Assembly (NCBI GenBank): GCA_051362555.1
Contig: CM120648.1
Location: 17,418,587-17,482,586 of the forward strand
Reading direction: 5' to 3'
From: Lingula anatina
Taxonomy: Eukaryota; Animalia; Brachiopoda
DNA: 64,000 nucleotides
The notes under the pieces were generated by a model. That model was given only the letters and a program-made list of their open reading frames with translations. It was not told the DNA's origin and ran no database searches. The first letter of the stretch is position 1. Each line of letters opens with the position of its first letter. This document shows, piece by piece, positions 25,360 to 39,121 of this stretch. A program made the position numbers and the translations under genes.

Positions 25360-28294
25360 CAGGGTTGGGGGTCCTAAATGGCAAGAACAAACTGGTTTTG
25401 CATAAAAAAAAAAAAAAAAAAAAAAAAAACAGTAGTTTCGTACCATACTGATTTACCAATTCATTCAGGTTTTGACGAAACACTTAAAACCTTTGGGTTA
25501 AAGTGTAGTTTTAGACAAACATGTGTAGTGTGCTTATTGTTTATTGCCGGTCAAATTAACCATAGGTGGTTGGCACTAATATCTGTAATTTTAATTCTAA
25601 TTATTTTTATTTGTATTTCATCCATGGAATGGGATTTTTATGAAATGAATACACTAAGTGTCCGATGGGAGCCGAGTTTCGTTTTTTTTTTCTATGATAT
25701 CTGTTATCCTATACCGAGAGTAACTTGCCTACAAGACCAATATGCTAGACTCAAACGTAACAATTAAAAAAACCGACATGACCTAAAGTTTTAATAACTA
25801 TTTGTCAATCACAATTACACAAGCACCGACTACAGCAAAGCGATGGGGGGTTTGATTACGAAGAGATCTCAAGGGTATTCTAACCTCAATTGAAGTTGCT
25901 GTATCAACAGAGAATACAAAAAAGCAAATTCGACCTCTGAGATCTGAATTCTCAGTCTTATCTAATTGTCACCGGCCTTCTTTGGTGTACGGGTTAAAAG
26001 CAGGACGGAGTATCCCTCTCCCCCCCTCCCAACGCTCCTTTCAGCGTTTTTTTTACTTCTTGATGAATGATGTTATATCCTCGCTAAAAAAAAAAAACAG
26101 GTTCTATTTTTTTACAAAAATTATATGTTTAATGGATCATCGCCTTTTTCATGAAATATACATACCTGCTTCATTCCAGCACAAAAAGCATTTCAAAATG
26201 CAATGAAATATCATCATAATCATCATTGCTCTTCGTCCCGCGTGGGACATAAGGCCACAGTCACTTCTTTCCATTTGGCCCTGTCTCTGGCTACGTGCTG
26301 GGCCGCAATGAAATATGGAGAAGAAGAAAAAAAAATCCCCCAAACAAAATTAAGTAAAGAAACTGGTTTTAATTACAAGTTACATCTGGTCCAATATTTA
26401 TTTCGAGCAAGCAAGGTTCCAAAGAACTCGTCTTGATACAAGACCATCCAAACACACAATTATGATATTCCGTTTCCGAAGATTAACGGCCAAAATACCG
26501 GCATTTAGGTATTGAGTTGATACATTTGACATAATTCAACTTGAAAAAACCACAAGCAAAGAGCCTGGGGTGAGCTTACAGCCAGTGCACTCTCCGAAAA
26601 ATGGGCTGAGCTACCAGGTGTCTGTGGTATCGGCCATTTGGTACCTGTTTCACAAAAAAGTTTGAATATTTTGGATTTGGCTCAAAGTTGTTGAAACTAG
26701 AAAGCCAACTGCAGTAAGTCGGTATTTACCTGAACGATTGGTCTATAGTACATGGATGGTGTTATATATTCACGAAAATTGCAATTTCCCACAGAAAAAA
26801 AGCATAGACACAACAATCAAGATATCTTTATTGACTCAGTTAAATAACTTAAAAACGAGATAAGCGACCTTTTTAGATCATTTGCCAAACGCAACATATA
26901 CAACTTGAACCATTTCCATGTTGCAGTTTTGTAGAGCAAGGGGTGCTTTGACTCGATATCAGGTTTAAACAATTAAGATTTTTACTCTTTATGGGTAATA
27001 TGATGGGTGATGCTCATGACCTAGACAAGCTCACTGATTCACCATATCAGGGCTGTGTAAGCTGCCTTTAACTACCAAACACGTATAGAATGAAATACAA
27101 CTTCTTTTCACGATTCATATTTTATTTCAGCATAAAATGTTAACAAGCTGATTGCAATATGTTCATGTACAATTTAGGTTGTATTTAATTTACTGAAACG
27201 CTGTCAACGTTTAAAAAAGCAAACGCCTTCATGTCAACGAATCGGTTAACTTTCCTTTGTTGACTTTTTTGCATGCTAATGTCACTTACGTACACATTTC
27301 CTCTAAATCTTTCCTATTGTTCGAATTTATGTTAATGCTCATATTTTATGTAATTCATGGGTTCAATACGTCGTGTTTATGCTCAATATCTTCAAAGAGC
27401 GGTTTTGGGTGAAAGGCACAATTTGTAAAGCAACCTGCACTACGACCCGCACTTTTGAAAAGGGACAGATATTAAGTAAATCGAGACATCAAATTTAATC
27501 CCGTCATGGGGGTTTGTAAATGTTAAGATCAATAACTGAACGCCAGTATAGAGGAGGGTCAAACCTTTCTATGTAATAAAAAATTGAATATTTGTGACAA
27601 TAAGTGTACAATATCATTAAATGAAAGCACACCTGGTGTTAGCACGCAATGTTACAAGTTCAATATCTATCATCTGCTTCCAGGACCAAAGTTTTTGCCA
27701 AAAGTAGGATCATATTTAGCAATTAGACGGGTTTTGTACCCGTGTTGGCACAAGCAGTGGGGGGGGGGGGGGATTGATCGAATGATTTTTAGATTAATAT
27801 TCATCTTACTAAATCCACTTGTGCAGCATGATTAAAATACACCAATCTCTCCTGGTAACAGAACAAACAGAATATCACATTTAGTAAACTGCAGATTTAC
27901 TACATCAGACTAATAACTTCTCTTGGTGGACATATAACATCAAACCAAGCTCTATCCCTAGTCTACTTGTATGTGTGACTCATACATTTATCATCACGTG
28001 TCTGTCTGACTACAGATCTAAGTCCAACTGACTAGCCTTAATGCTTTTTTCGTCCCTTTTTTAACCTTTTTCCTTCCTTCCTTCCTCATAATTCACAGCG
28101 TTGAATGAAGCTAATAACACTGCACGCCTTGTATTACACTGTCCATTGGTCAAAAGTACAGCTTAAGTAAAGAATGGCAAAGACCACTTCGTTTTTCCAG
28201 TTGTCTGATGTCTAATTCACGCACCTGCCTGAGAGACAAATTAAACAGGAAAGAGAAACAATCCTTACTCCCTGTTCTCTCTCTCCTCCTCCCT

Positions 28295-29540
28295 CCACCT
28301 ACAACACCCACTGTCCCACCTCTCCCTTCACTCACCACACTCACTGTCCCACCTTTCCCCTCCACCTACCACATCCCCTGTCCCAACTCTCCCCTCCACC
28401 TACCACATCCCCTGTCCCATCTCCCCTCCACCTACCACACCCCTGTCCCATCTCTCCCTTCACCTACCACACCCCCTGTCCCATCTCTCCCTTCACCTAC
28501 CACACCCATTGTCCCACCTCTCCCCTTCACCTACCACACCCATTGTCCCACCTCTCCCCTTCACCTACCATATCCCTGTCCCACCTCTCCCTTTATCTAC
28601 CACACCCACTGTCCCACCTCTCCCTTCACCTACCACACCCACTGTCCCACCTCTCTCTTTACCTACCACACCCACTGTCCCACTTCTACCCTTCACCTAC
28701 CACACCCACTGTCCCACCTCTCCCTTTACCTACCACACCCACTGTCCCACCCCTACCCTTCACCTACCACACCCACTGTCCCACCTCTCCCCTTCACCTA
28801 CCATATCCTTGTCCCACCTCTCCCTTTACCTACCACACCCACTGTCCCACCTCTCCCCTCCACCTACCACACCCCCTGTCCTTCCACCTACCACACCCAC
28901 TGTCCCACCTCTCCCTTCACCTACCACACCCACTGTCCCAACTCTCCCTTCACCTACCACACCCACTGTCCCACCTCTCCCCTCCACCTACCACACCCAC
29001 TGTCCTACCTCTCCCCTCCACCTACCACATCCCTGTCCCACCTCTCCCTTTACCTTCAACACCCACTGTCCCATCTCACCCCTCCACCTACCACACCCAT
29101 TGTCCCCCCTCACTCCTTCACCTACCACACCCATGGCCCACCTCTCCCTTCACCTACCACACCCACTGTCCCACCTCTCCCCTCCACCTACCACACCCAC
29201 TGTCCTACCTCTCCCCTCCACCTACCACATCCCTGTCCCACCTCTCCCTTTACCTTCAACACCCACTGTCCCATCTCACCCCTCCACCTACCACACCCAT
29301 TGTCCCCCCTCACTCCTTCACCTACCACACCCATGGCCCACCTCTCCCTTCACCTACCACACCCACTGTCCCACCTCTCCCCTCCACCTACCACACCCAC
29401 TGTCCTACCTCTCCCCTCCACCTACCACATCCCTGTCCCACCTCTCCCCTCCACCTACCACACCCACTGTCCCACCTCTCACCCCACCTACCACACCCAC
29501 TGTCCCACCTCTCCCCTACTCCTACCACACCCCTGTCACA
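28295..29540. repeat. C-rich ~33-bp minisatellite with a 200-bp higher-order repeat
   Basis: Unit approximately CACCTACCACACCCACTGTCCCACCTCTCCC(C)TT; the block beginning CCTCTCCCTTTACCTTCAAC at 29041 recurs at 29241. Confidence 0.95.
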
Positions 29541-31613
29541 CCTTAACCCTCAAACTGCCACACCCCCTGTACCCTTTTCACCCCCTGTCCTTCTATCCGC
29601 CTCCCCCCCCATTCAGCTGTTTTTATCAAAGGGGGGCATGTTTCACAGCAAAACTAAGCCTAAAATTTGTCCGAACTTTTATACAAAAAAAAAAAAAAAA
29701 AAATTACGATGCTTTGACCCAATCTTATCGGCCAAATTGAGAGGTTTCTCATACATATGGGACAATATGGGAGAAAATTCCTAGTTTTATGACAATAGCT
29801 CAGATGACCAGTCCATTCTGGTCAATTACCAAGTCAAAGGTCTCAGGTTTAAACCGCAAAGTCGACCATTTACTAAATGTACATGTAAGTTCCAGTATCA
29901 AAGTTATTCAAATTTATCATTCTTATTCTATTGGATGTCTAAAAACATTCCTTCATCGACTATTGTGCATTGTTTAAAGAGAAAAACGTGGATAATGTCC
30001 TGGACCAAATTATTCCTTGTTCAACTGGACTACTGTCGATTTATCGTGTAATGAAGTACACCAGTTTACGTTAAAACGTTTTAACCAATATTTGGGCTAA
30101 ACTTTGTGTAAAGCGGGTCCATTTATACGTCTGTTAAACCCAGATATTCCCTCCTTCTTCAGAGACCTGAGGCACAATATTACTTCTTAATAAACGTTTC
30201 TTGTTCTTGAATCTGTTATTATGGCGTGTAAGTTTTAGAATGACCAGAGTCGACGTCGCCGCTACAGCCGAAACGGGCACCATTGGTTCGGCGTTGGTTT
30301 CTTATTAATTGACCAATGTCGTCAAAGCTGACAATGGCCGTCCATTACCATAGAACGCCGGTGTGTACCGCATATACTATTAGCAGTTGATTAATGAGTG
30401 GTTCCTCTGAAGTAAATACATAGATATATGATTAATGATAATATGTGATACTCGCTTTAATAAATATACCTTGCTTTTACTGTTATATGACTACTTCCGC
30501 TCCGCCCCTCGTGCCATTTTAAAAAAGATCAAAGACCTTTTGGAAATTTTGCTATAGGACTGTTTTCAGCTGGACTATACACGATAGATTTGATATCTAT
30601 GCTGTCAAATTAATTTTGTACTTGAAGTTTGAAGGTGCTATTCTTAAAGTGTATCCCAACTTGCCGAAGTATAATTAGAACTGAATAGCAAGTTTTTCAT
30701 GGAAGCCGTGTCCTATAACCGATTGTTCCTAGTAAAACTTACCCTCTACCAGGGTCAGAAATTGATTGTTCAATAAATAGTCATTGATATGCCTTTGGCT
30801 GTCTATGACATTGTCATCTGTCGTACAGAAAAGTGAACAATTAACCAGAAAATACATGTCTGTGAATATTCAGCGAAAAAATCAATCTGCGACCTTTGCA
30901 AAGGCAAGCAAAATTCTTCTAATGCTTTATGAGGGTAACAGACGATTTTAAGTGAAAGCAAGCATTTTGGGTAAGATTTTAGCGTAATGACCGAAAATTT
31001 TGATCGTTTTCGTTAAGAGTGAAATTCTTTAAAAGATTGACTCAAAAACTATAAACTTAGACTTGAAAAATGGGGTTATGGATCAGTACTCCGAGAACTG
31101 TTATGCAGAGGGGGTAACTTGCTGATCAAGGAGAAAGTTTTGAAATTTAAGTGAACGTTATATATTTGTGATATGAAGATCTTTAGCTCATGGGGAGCCT
31201 TCAACGAACTGAAAAGAGACAACAAATAGACTTCTTTCGGTACATTAGAACAATCTCACAGCTCATTTCGGTCCAAATAACAATTCAATTGTGTACTCAG
31301 ACAAAATGGAAACATATAAGATATATATGAAGCAACGTCCGTTTGACAGACAATCATTTGAAAAAAATCAGATGTGCTTTAAAACCGATTTCGATTAAAG
31401 CAAGTGTCGACTGTAGCCCGCATCGTTACGGTGCACGTGAACTAAATGGGATACACACGACAGTGATGAAGGCATGGAAAACTGGTTTCTTGACGATTGG
31501 AAATGCTACTGGGTCCGTATTTTCAAGCACCACCCCGCAGCATGACACGTAGTTATTGGTAAAACAAGGACATTTTATTGGGTCACTACTGATTTAGACT
31601 AAAAGTTGACTAA

Positions 31614-31888
31614 GACCGCATTCACAACGAGTCGAGCCAGACTGGGTTCCCATACCTACATCAATATAACAGGATCGATCCACCTTCAAGGGGTTTCTCG
31701 CTAAATTGCTTTCAGCTTAAGCAGCTTAGATGTGTGGCACGCCTACTGAAGTTGTTAAACGATAATTAATCCCCCCTAGCAGCTTTAGTGACAGACATCC
31801 TTAGCCGCTAAAGTTGATTGCAATTTAGCGAGAATCCCCTTGGAGCAAGATGGCTCCATAGTTAGTAGGATAGGGTCTGGGAGTGGTC
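31614..31888. mobile_element. Fold-back MITE family A with an extra left-end segment
   Basis: TAA|GACCGCATTCACAAC...GACTGGGTTCCC (31640)...GGGAGTGGTC|TAA; body similar to 23975-24232. Confidence 0.75.
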
Positions 31889-33904
31889 TAAAAGTTAAGA
31901 CAAAATTTTGTATAAAAGTTCAATTGTAAAACAAGATAATGCTTCAATCGCTGAGATTGGTCTTTCTTAGCTAGGTCAACCAAAGTTACATTAAACAGGC
32001 ATCAGTTTCCCAAAGCTGAACATAAGGGCAACTATTTCTTCGAAAATAAGTAATAAAAAGAGGAATAATAAGATTAAAAGGGTCCCGTCACTGGGCCGTG
32101 TGTGTAAAACTTCTTGATGTATCCGTATGAGCAATCAAATTGCCCGTCCTCGTGACCTGTGTCGACCATATAATTGACTGCTCTCAAATCCAACAAAGCC
32201 CAGAATTAAACAACGTCTTGGCCATCCAAATACTCCTTTCCGCCCCGTTGCTCTGTGTTTCATCAAAATTCTCTCCATCTCGGTCCGACTTTGATCAGTG
32301 TCTTCACAATGCTCCGTTCTGTGCCACCCGATCACCTCTAAAAGACTTCCCTTGTGGTGTCCCCTCGCTGATTTTTTTTTTTTTTTGTGACATCGTATGT
32401 GCGGAGCTGTCTCACGTCTCACCAGCTCAATATTTCGCTTTGATTGTCTTTTTTTCTTCTCAGTGCGTCCCCGCCAAGTGCTGTTTGAACAGACCCTTGA
32501 TTGCGCACTTTGTCCGTCCGTGGTGTAAATTGTCGGGGAAGTAACACGAGACGGGACCTAATTTCGCGTCCCATGCCGCGTGGACGAGGTACGAACCCGA
32601 GTGTGAAACCGTTAAGTCGAGAGCGCCGACAACAATTGATTGACGACCCAAAAGGACGGAGTAACACTAAAATCAACAAGCTCGACTCTTTCTCGACCTG
32701 TATGCAGAAAACTATTGATTGCTCTCAAGCCAGTGCCAACTGATATTCTAACTATAATAGTCTTCTTATTTACGTATTTTGGCCAAAGTTAATTGCGTGA
32801 CATCACCCTGCGCTTCCTCCGGCTTGATTGCACACAGGATCACTGCCGTCATTTAAATCGATACATGGTCGGTCTATCTGATTGGAATGTGAATTCTTTA
32901 CTTAGAAAAAAAAGCTATATTTCCCCTTCGGTCCCACGCCCGGGGGGCAGACACGAGCGCCTGGGGGCAATATTTGCGCCGCCATTCAATACTTTATGAG
33001 CAGTGGGGATCACAGGAAACCACGCGTGAATTGGAAGAAAACTATTCTCAAATCATCGACATTGAATGTTAGAAGTTGTTCTCATGGATATACATGAGAC
33101 AGGGCATGTGGCAAGAGAAGGGGTGGAGAGGGGAGAGGAGGGAGGGGGAGAGGGTTGAAAACGAAGGGCAGTTCCAGAGTCGTCCCATCATTAAATTAGA
33201 TTATCCTTATATGATTTGCTTAAACGAAATCCTTTTGGCAGAACAGAAAATTGTGAAGGAACTCTCTCTCTCTTTCTTTTTGAGATAGATAAACATCTGC
33301 CATGCAATGATATATCCACGACAATATAGATCTTTTTTTGTGAAAATTGGTGGCAGTAGATAAATACTTTGATATTTTATTATTCCCCTAGACAGTGCAG
33401 TAGGTACCTACTACAGATAAATACAGAGGAAAAAACTAGAAACAGACAGATGGTACACAATACTTATTAGGAAAATCTCGAAAAAATTTGGAAGGAAGAT
33501 TTTTTTGGTAAAATCATGTTTGTTTTATTTGATATCTTTTTGTCCCATAAAGTGTAAAAAAAGTTCAAAGCAAAAATTTGGAAGAAGGCTACAACAGGTG
33601 GTTTATAGGGTATGTTTTTCTGATACAGTCTACCCTCACATCCAATTATTATATCAAATGAACGCATCCTGAGTTTATTCCAAATAATGCTATTTCTTCT
33701 CCAACAACGTATAATGCAAACCAAGGAAGTAAATATTGGCTTTTCGTCATTTGACGCTGAATTTGTTAGCGCTTCTCCTGTTTTTGTTTGCTTTTCATTT
33801 CTTCGGAGATAAAAACGGCGCAATTTCGACTGAAATGGATCCTTAAGATTCGTTGTTATGTACAGACACAGATGTGTCTGTACATATAGCCATCATCTGC
33901 GTCT

Positions 33905-33936
<32 letters not shown>

Positions 33937-33944
33937 GCACTTTT

Positions 33945-34735
33945 ACCGATAACACGATAAGTGGAAAACCATTTTACCTTTTGACTTGAAACTTGCAGAA
34001 CTGATGAATATTCATAATACGCAGGTCAAGTTCGAAAATCAGCATGATCGGGTCACTTTTAGGGAATTTATGCAGTTTTTTCACTTTTTTCAGCATATAT
34101 GCAGCACCGATAACACGATAAGTGGAAAACCATTTTACCTTTTGACTTGAAACTTACAGAACTGATGAATATTCATAATACGCAGGTCAAGTTCGAAAAT
34201 CAGCATGATCGGGTCACTTTTAGGGAATTTATGCAGTTTTTTCACTTTTTTCAGCATATATGCAGCACCGATAACACGATAAGTGGAAAACCATTTTACC
34301 TTTTGACTTGAAACTTACAGAACTGATGAATATTCATAATACGCAGGTCAAGTTCGAAAATCAGCATGATCGGGTCACTTTTAGGGAATTTATGCTGTTT
34401 TTTCACTTTTTTCAGCATATATGCAGCACCGATAACACGATAAGTGGAAAACCATTTTACCTTTTGACTTGAAACTTACGGAACTGATGAATATTCATAA
34501 TACGCAGGTCAAGTTCGAAAATCAGCATGATTGGGCTATTTTTAGGGAATTTATGCTGTTTTTTCACTATTTTCAATATAAATGCAACACTGATAACACA
34601 ATATAAGGAAAACGGATTGGCCAATTGTAATTATACTCACAGGAGTGGTCAATCTTACTAAAACGCAGGTTGAGTTCAAAAATCAGCATAATCGGGCCAT
34701 TATTTTAGAAGTAATACTGTTTTTTTCACATTTCC
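33945..34735. repeat. 161-bp satellite array (4 near-identical units plus 1 diverged)
   Basis: Units begin ACCGATAACACGATAAG at 33945, 34106, 34267 and 34428; diverged unit at 34589. Confidence 0.95.
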
Positions 34736-35129
34736 TCAGATTCAATTCTTAAGCATGTTAACAGTCTCATTATTTAACAAATAAGATGCCTAAAAGTGTT
34801 TGTTTGATATTTCCTGCATCTTTACAACATTGTTAGTTGATTATGTAAAAAACATGGTAAACTTGTTATCATGTATTGTGTAATAAAGTGTCAAAAATGG
34901 AAATAAACTCATATCATTGCAGTTTGTCAGATTCAATCATCCACTATGTTCAGAATCTCAGAATGGAGGAAATTGGACATTTAACACTGTTCTATTGATA
35001 CTTTTCCCATCTCATCAATTTTTTTAGTTGGTCATATAAAAATGGCAGTAAAATGTTTATTTTGTTTTATGTTAAAAAAGTGTTAAAAATGGAAATAAAC
35101 CCATTTCAGAACAGTGCTGTCTTGTTTAC

Positions 35130-35409
35130 ATTTTGGCATTTTCAAGGCGTGACTTTGAAGTTCCATGGGCCTGAAGACCTTTGCTAGTCACATTTTCTGA
35201 ATATCTGTGATACAAATATTTTATAATTAAAAATTGATGGTCATTAAGCTGTTAAACATTATGTAATATTGCATCAAAATTTGAAGAAACCCCTATTTTG
35301 GGCACTGCTTCCATGATGACCATTTAAGGAAAATCATGTCACTTACTGTTCTCAAACTTACAGGAAAGAAACATGGGACTAAAATAAGCTTCAGTAGGCA
35401 ATGCAGTCT

Positions 35410-35449
<40 letters not shown>

Positions 35450-35835
35450 GCAGTTAAACAGTTTTTTGTGAAAATATAATTTTTCACATATTGGCATTTT
35501 CAAGGTGTGACTTTAAAGTTCCATGATTTTGAAGACTTTTGCTTGTCACATTTTCTGAATGTCCATGTTACTAATATTTTATTAATAACATTTGATTGTC
35601 ATTATGCTGTTAAACATTATTTAATGTTGTATCAAAATTTGAAGAAACCCCTATTTTGGGCACTGCTCTTATGATGACCATTTAAGGGAAATCATGTCAC
35701 TTACTGTTCTCAAACTTATAGGAAAGAAACATGGCACTAAAATACAGCTTCAATAGGAAACGCAGTCTGTTTGGTAAATTTTTCTGGCAATTTAACAGTT
35801 TTTTGTGAAAATTTAATTTTTCACTTATTTGCATC
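35130..35835. repeat. ~358-bp tandem duplication inside the HINE
   Basis: TTGGCATTTTCAAGG at ~35133 and 35491; GAAGAAACCCCTATTTTGGGCACTGCT at 35283 and 35641. Confidence 0.9.
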
Positions 35836-36193
35836 TTTATTTTCTGTTCTTTGTCTGTACATTTGACAGCTTTGCTGCCTTGTTCCGTATTGCTACAGTA
35901 GTCGATGGATAAAAGAGGTTGATGTTCCGCATAGGATGCATTTCAAACAGATTGAATTCTGAATTTTTATCTCCTATTGTTGCTTAACTCACACGCCAGC
36001 ATCGGGTGATGGGTAAGCAAAAGAAAAGATTAAAAACCGAGAAAATAAAAAGGCGGTAAGAAATGGCGAAACGAAGAGAAAATTAAGCGTCAGATGACAT
36101 AAGGGCGCTGTGGAAAGTAATCCTTTAACCTTGGGGAAGGGGGGGGGGTAAGATGGCAAATTGTTGTAGTGAAAAGAAAAGAGACGGAGATGG

Positions 36194-36273
36194 TGTTTTA
36201 ACAGATCTAATTGGTAGATGTTTTAACAGATCTAATTGGTAGATGTTTTAACAGATCTAATTGGTAGATGTTT
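36194..36273. repeat. 25-bp tandem repeat x3
   Basis: TGTTTTAACAGATCTAATTGGTAGA three times. Confidence 0.95.
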
Positions 36274-37046
36274 GCGACAACGAAACATCATTCGTTTTTC
36301 AAAAAAACAGCCAAAAATATTGTTGAGGCGTTTTGCTTCCTCGCTTAGAAACATTTTTGCATTAACATTTTAAAAGTTCTCTCTCTTATGAGATATCTTT
36401 GTCTTATTTCAGCACCAGAAATTAAGGCTATCATTTGTCGAAATGGAGTCGTGATATTTCTAATTCTGTTCCAAATAACACGACGAAACTTCTTCGATCT
36501 CAATTTGACTTCAGAAAATTTAATTTTGGATTTACAAAGTTAATTAGTTTCATACAAAAATGTATCAAAGATGCGAACATAAGTTCCATGTTTTAGATGT
36601 GTAAAATAATCTATAAACAAATCTTTGCAAAATATTATATTACCTTAAAAATGAAGGTATTTTCCCTTTTCTGTCAGATTAATCAGAAATACTTCCCTGA
36701 GAGAAGTTCCAAGCGTCAAACTCCATATTCCCCTAAGGCTATTTGCAAGGGGGAGCTGGTTAAAGTATCCTTTTCACGAATTTCTAGTTAACATCAAATA
36801 AAACATAAATTATATAGTAAAGAGATCTAACCATGGGTCCTATTCATCTATTAAAATTGACTGACATATTGCACGCCCTTGGTTGAAGAAAAGATCTCAA
36901 GTTTCCCGAGGATATTGTACTTATTCAGGATCGGATTTTTGGCCCAAGGCATCAGCGCGTCCATGGTTGAGCCGTGAGAGGTACCGTTTACACACCACCC
37001 AATGGGCCGACTGTTTCGCGGCGAGGACGCAGCTCTAATTAACTTC

Positions 37047-37172
37047 GACTGGGTTCCCATGTCTAGATCGATCTCATCTGGATCGGTCTAATTCCCTGGG
37101 TAGTCTCGCTATCAACTTGATCGGCTTAAATATATGTCACACTACCGAATCAGCTAGGGGGTAAAGATAATT
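37047..37172. mobile_element. Truncated half copy of MITE family A
   Basis: GACTGGGTTCCCATGTCTAGATCGATC...CCGAATCAGCTAGGGGGTAAAGATAATT matches the reverse complement of the right half of 56755-57002. Confidence 0.65.
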
Positions 37173-37695
37173 TCGGTTTGGTTAGAGAAGCATAATACGT
37201 TTAAGGATAAATCATGCATAGTACTGAATTTTGACAACGTAACTGAAAAAAAAAAAAAAAAGAAACAAAAAGGTAGAACCTGCCATGAATTAATAAAAAA
37301 GTCAGATTAGATTCAGTGTAGGTACTGTATATTCCAGTCAAGTATAAACGAAGCAGCTTTAAGTCTGCTGTCTAAACCAAACGTTACTTTTCATAAAACA
37401 ACGTTACAGAACAGCGATCTGAGTACTTAAGTGTAAACTCTCCTATTTTCATCGATAACAGACTGCGTCGCTGTTATTTGAGCGTCCGTTTTTAAATGAC
37501 ACAGATACGGCAAAATAAATGATGCTTTCTGCTTTAATGAAAAAATGATATCTACTTTAAAGGGCCAGTCAATCATTTATTATATATGGAGAATATGATA
37601 CAGATTGTTGTGAACTTTGCTGTACACGTATGTTCTTTAAGTTCTAGCTAAAAGAGGCCTTTCAACATCAAAAATGCACGGGTTTAGGTTATTAT

Positions 37696-38414
37696 TATAA
37701 CGGAGGCTCATATTGCAGTTGTATTCTTTTTATTCTTCCGTAAATACAAGTCATGATCTCCATTAGATTAACAGTGAAAACGTTGATGTCTATACCCTTT
37801 ACTGTAATCCTGTAATAATAAACAAATATAGTACTTAGACTTCGTTCGTTATTATTTTACCTTTCGTTGCGTTACAATCTAAGTATACTCATTAACTTGT
37901 TATACAGTTTTTCTAATAAGGGCTTTCGCTTACACGCTTTCGCTTACACACTTAAGTTATAAGACTTACTTCTAGGTTTGGACATTATTGTTACTTTTGC
38001 ATTTTAAATTATTAGCCTTTAACTATTGTTATATAATAAAAAAGATAGAATAAATTACCTTGACTTAAGAAATATCTGTTAAATGTGAAGCGCTCTTTTG
38101 CATGAAACCACATGGTTTCGGACATCTTATAACAAAAAAATAGTACCGGAAGAACAAAAATGACTGCGTTTTAACAATGTAAAAAATATATATATGTTTA
38201 ACTGCAAAAATGTAAATAATGAAAACCAAAAGACAATAATAATTTAAAGAAACACAGTCACAAAGTGTAAAAGATAAGTTAAGTAAGCTATCTTCGTGCA
38301 GAACTTATTTTCCCGCGTAGTAAAATAAACGCAAACAAAAAATGCATACTTCTGTCGCAATCTTGTGAGAGCATCTATCGCAATCACTAACTAACATTAC
38401 TGGCTGCAGTTACA
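37696..38414 (-). repeat. 3' LTR (719 bp)
   Basis: Minus strand TGTAAC...GTTATA; AATAAA ~33 nt from the end; preceded by the PPT. Confidence 0.92.
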
Positions 38415-39121
38415 CACCCCCCCAAAATCTATCTAAGATTTTTAACAACATAAAGAGTGCATGACCTGCACACTACCTGAAACATTAAATTAAATGTAAC
38501 ATATTAAGGAAAATTATTTCCAGTGTACACAACTTTCTAAAAGTAATATCAATTTGAATTGGGCGTTCCAATACAGTAACTTGAGACAAGGGTCTTGTTA
38601 AATGAGACTTATCAGAAAAGCAACTGATGCAAAGCAAATATGTTAAAGACAAATAAAATATTGTAAAACTGGATCCAAAGATCAAGGAGTAAATGATAAA
38701 CACAAAATTAACACTATTTGCTATCAATACATTAACCGCTGCATGTAGAGGTTATATGTTCTACCTTAATTTCCTTTATAACTTGTTGCTTAAGGTAAAT
38801 CCACATGTCACCTTAATATAGTACACTAACATACTTTCTTACACCCATAACTCACCGTTCACGCCCTAGACCTATTGTGAAACTAGCTTTGTCTATTTTC
38901 CAAGTCACCGTGAAGACTGAGAACTAAAAATGAAATTAAATTTTTAAAAGGATTCATGATCCAAGTTACCAACTCAAACAGTGGGAATGAATCCAAAAAA
39001 TTTATATCCTACCTTAAACAATAAAACTCACAACATCAACATTCAAACTTAACTACAAGTTTTAAACAGTTAGTCATTGAGCAACTCACTCACTTACAGT
39101 CCTAATTTCATTCAGAGAGTA

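Larger units (their letters stand above)
33856..35884 (+). mobile_element. Helentron-associated non-autonomous element (HINE/DINE-like) carrying satellite arrays
   Basis: 5' palindrome TATGTACAGACACA-GA-TGTGTCTGTACATA (33857-33886); (CGTCGCCGT)n microsatellite; 161-bp tandem array; 3' sub-TIR TGTCTGTACAT (35852-62); short hairpin GACAGC-TTT-GCTGCC; ends in TTGTT. Confidence 0.85.

Noticed and set aside
28208-29784. Long Pro/Thr/His-rich ORFs (510, 413 and 345 aa)
   Set aside because: Open in all three frames only because the C-rich minisatellite lacks stop codons.
33945-34735. Regular repeats as a CRISPR-like array
   Set aside because: Head-to-tail 161-bp units with no unique spacers, eukaryotic context, no cas genes.
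37803-38414. Shorter canonical TGTAA...TTACA LTR boundary
   Set aside because: Identity with the other LTR extends 107 bp further; the TSD and the poly(A) signal fit only the 37696 boundary.
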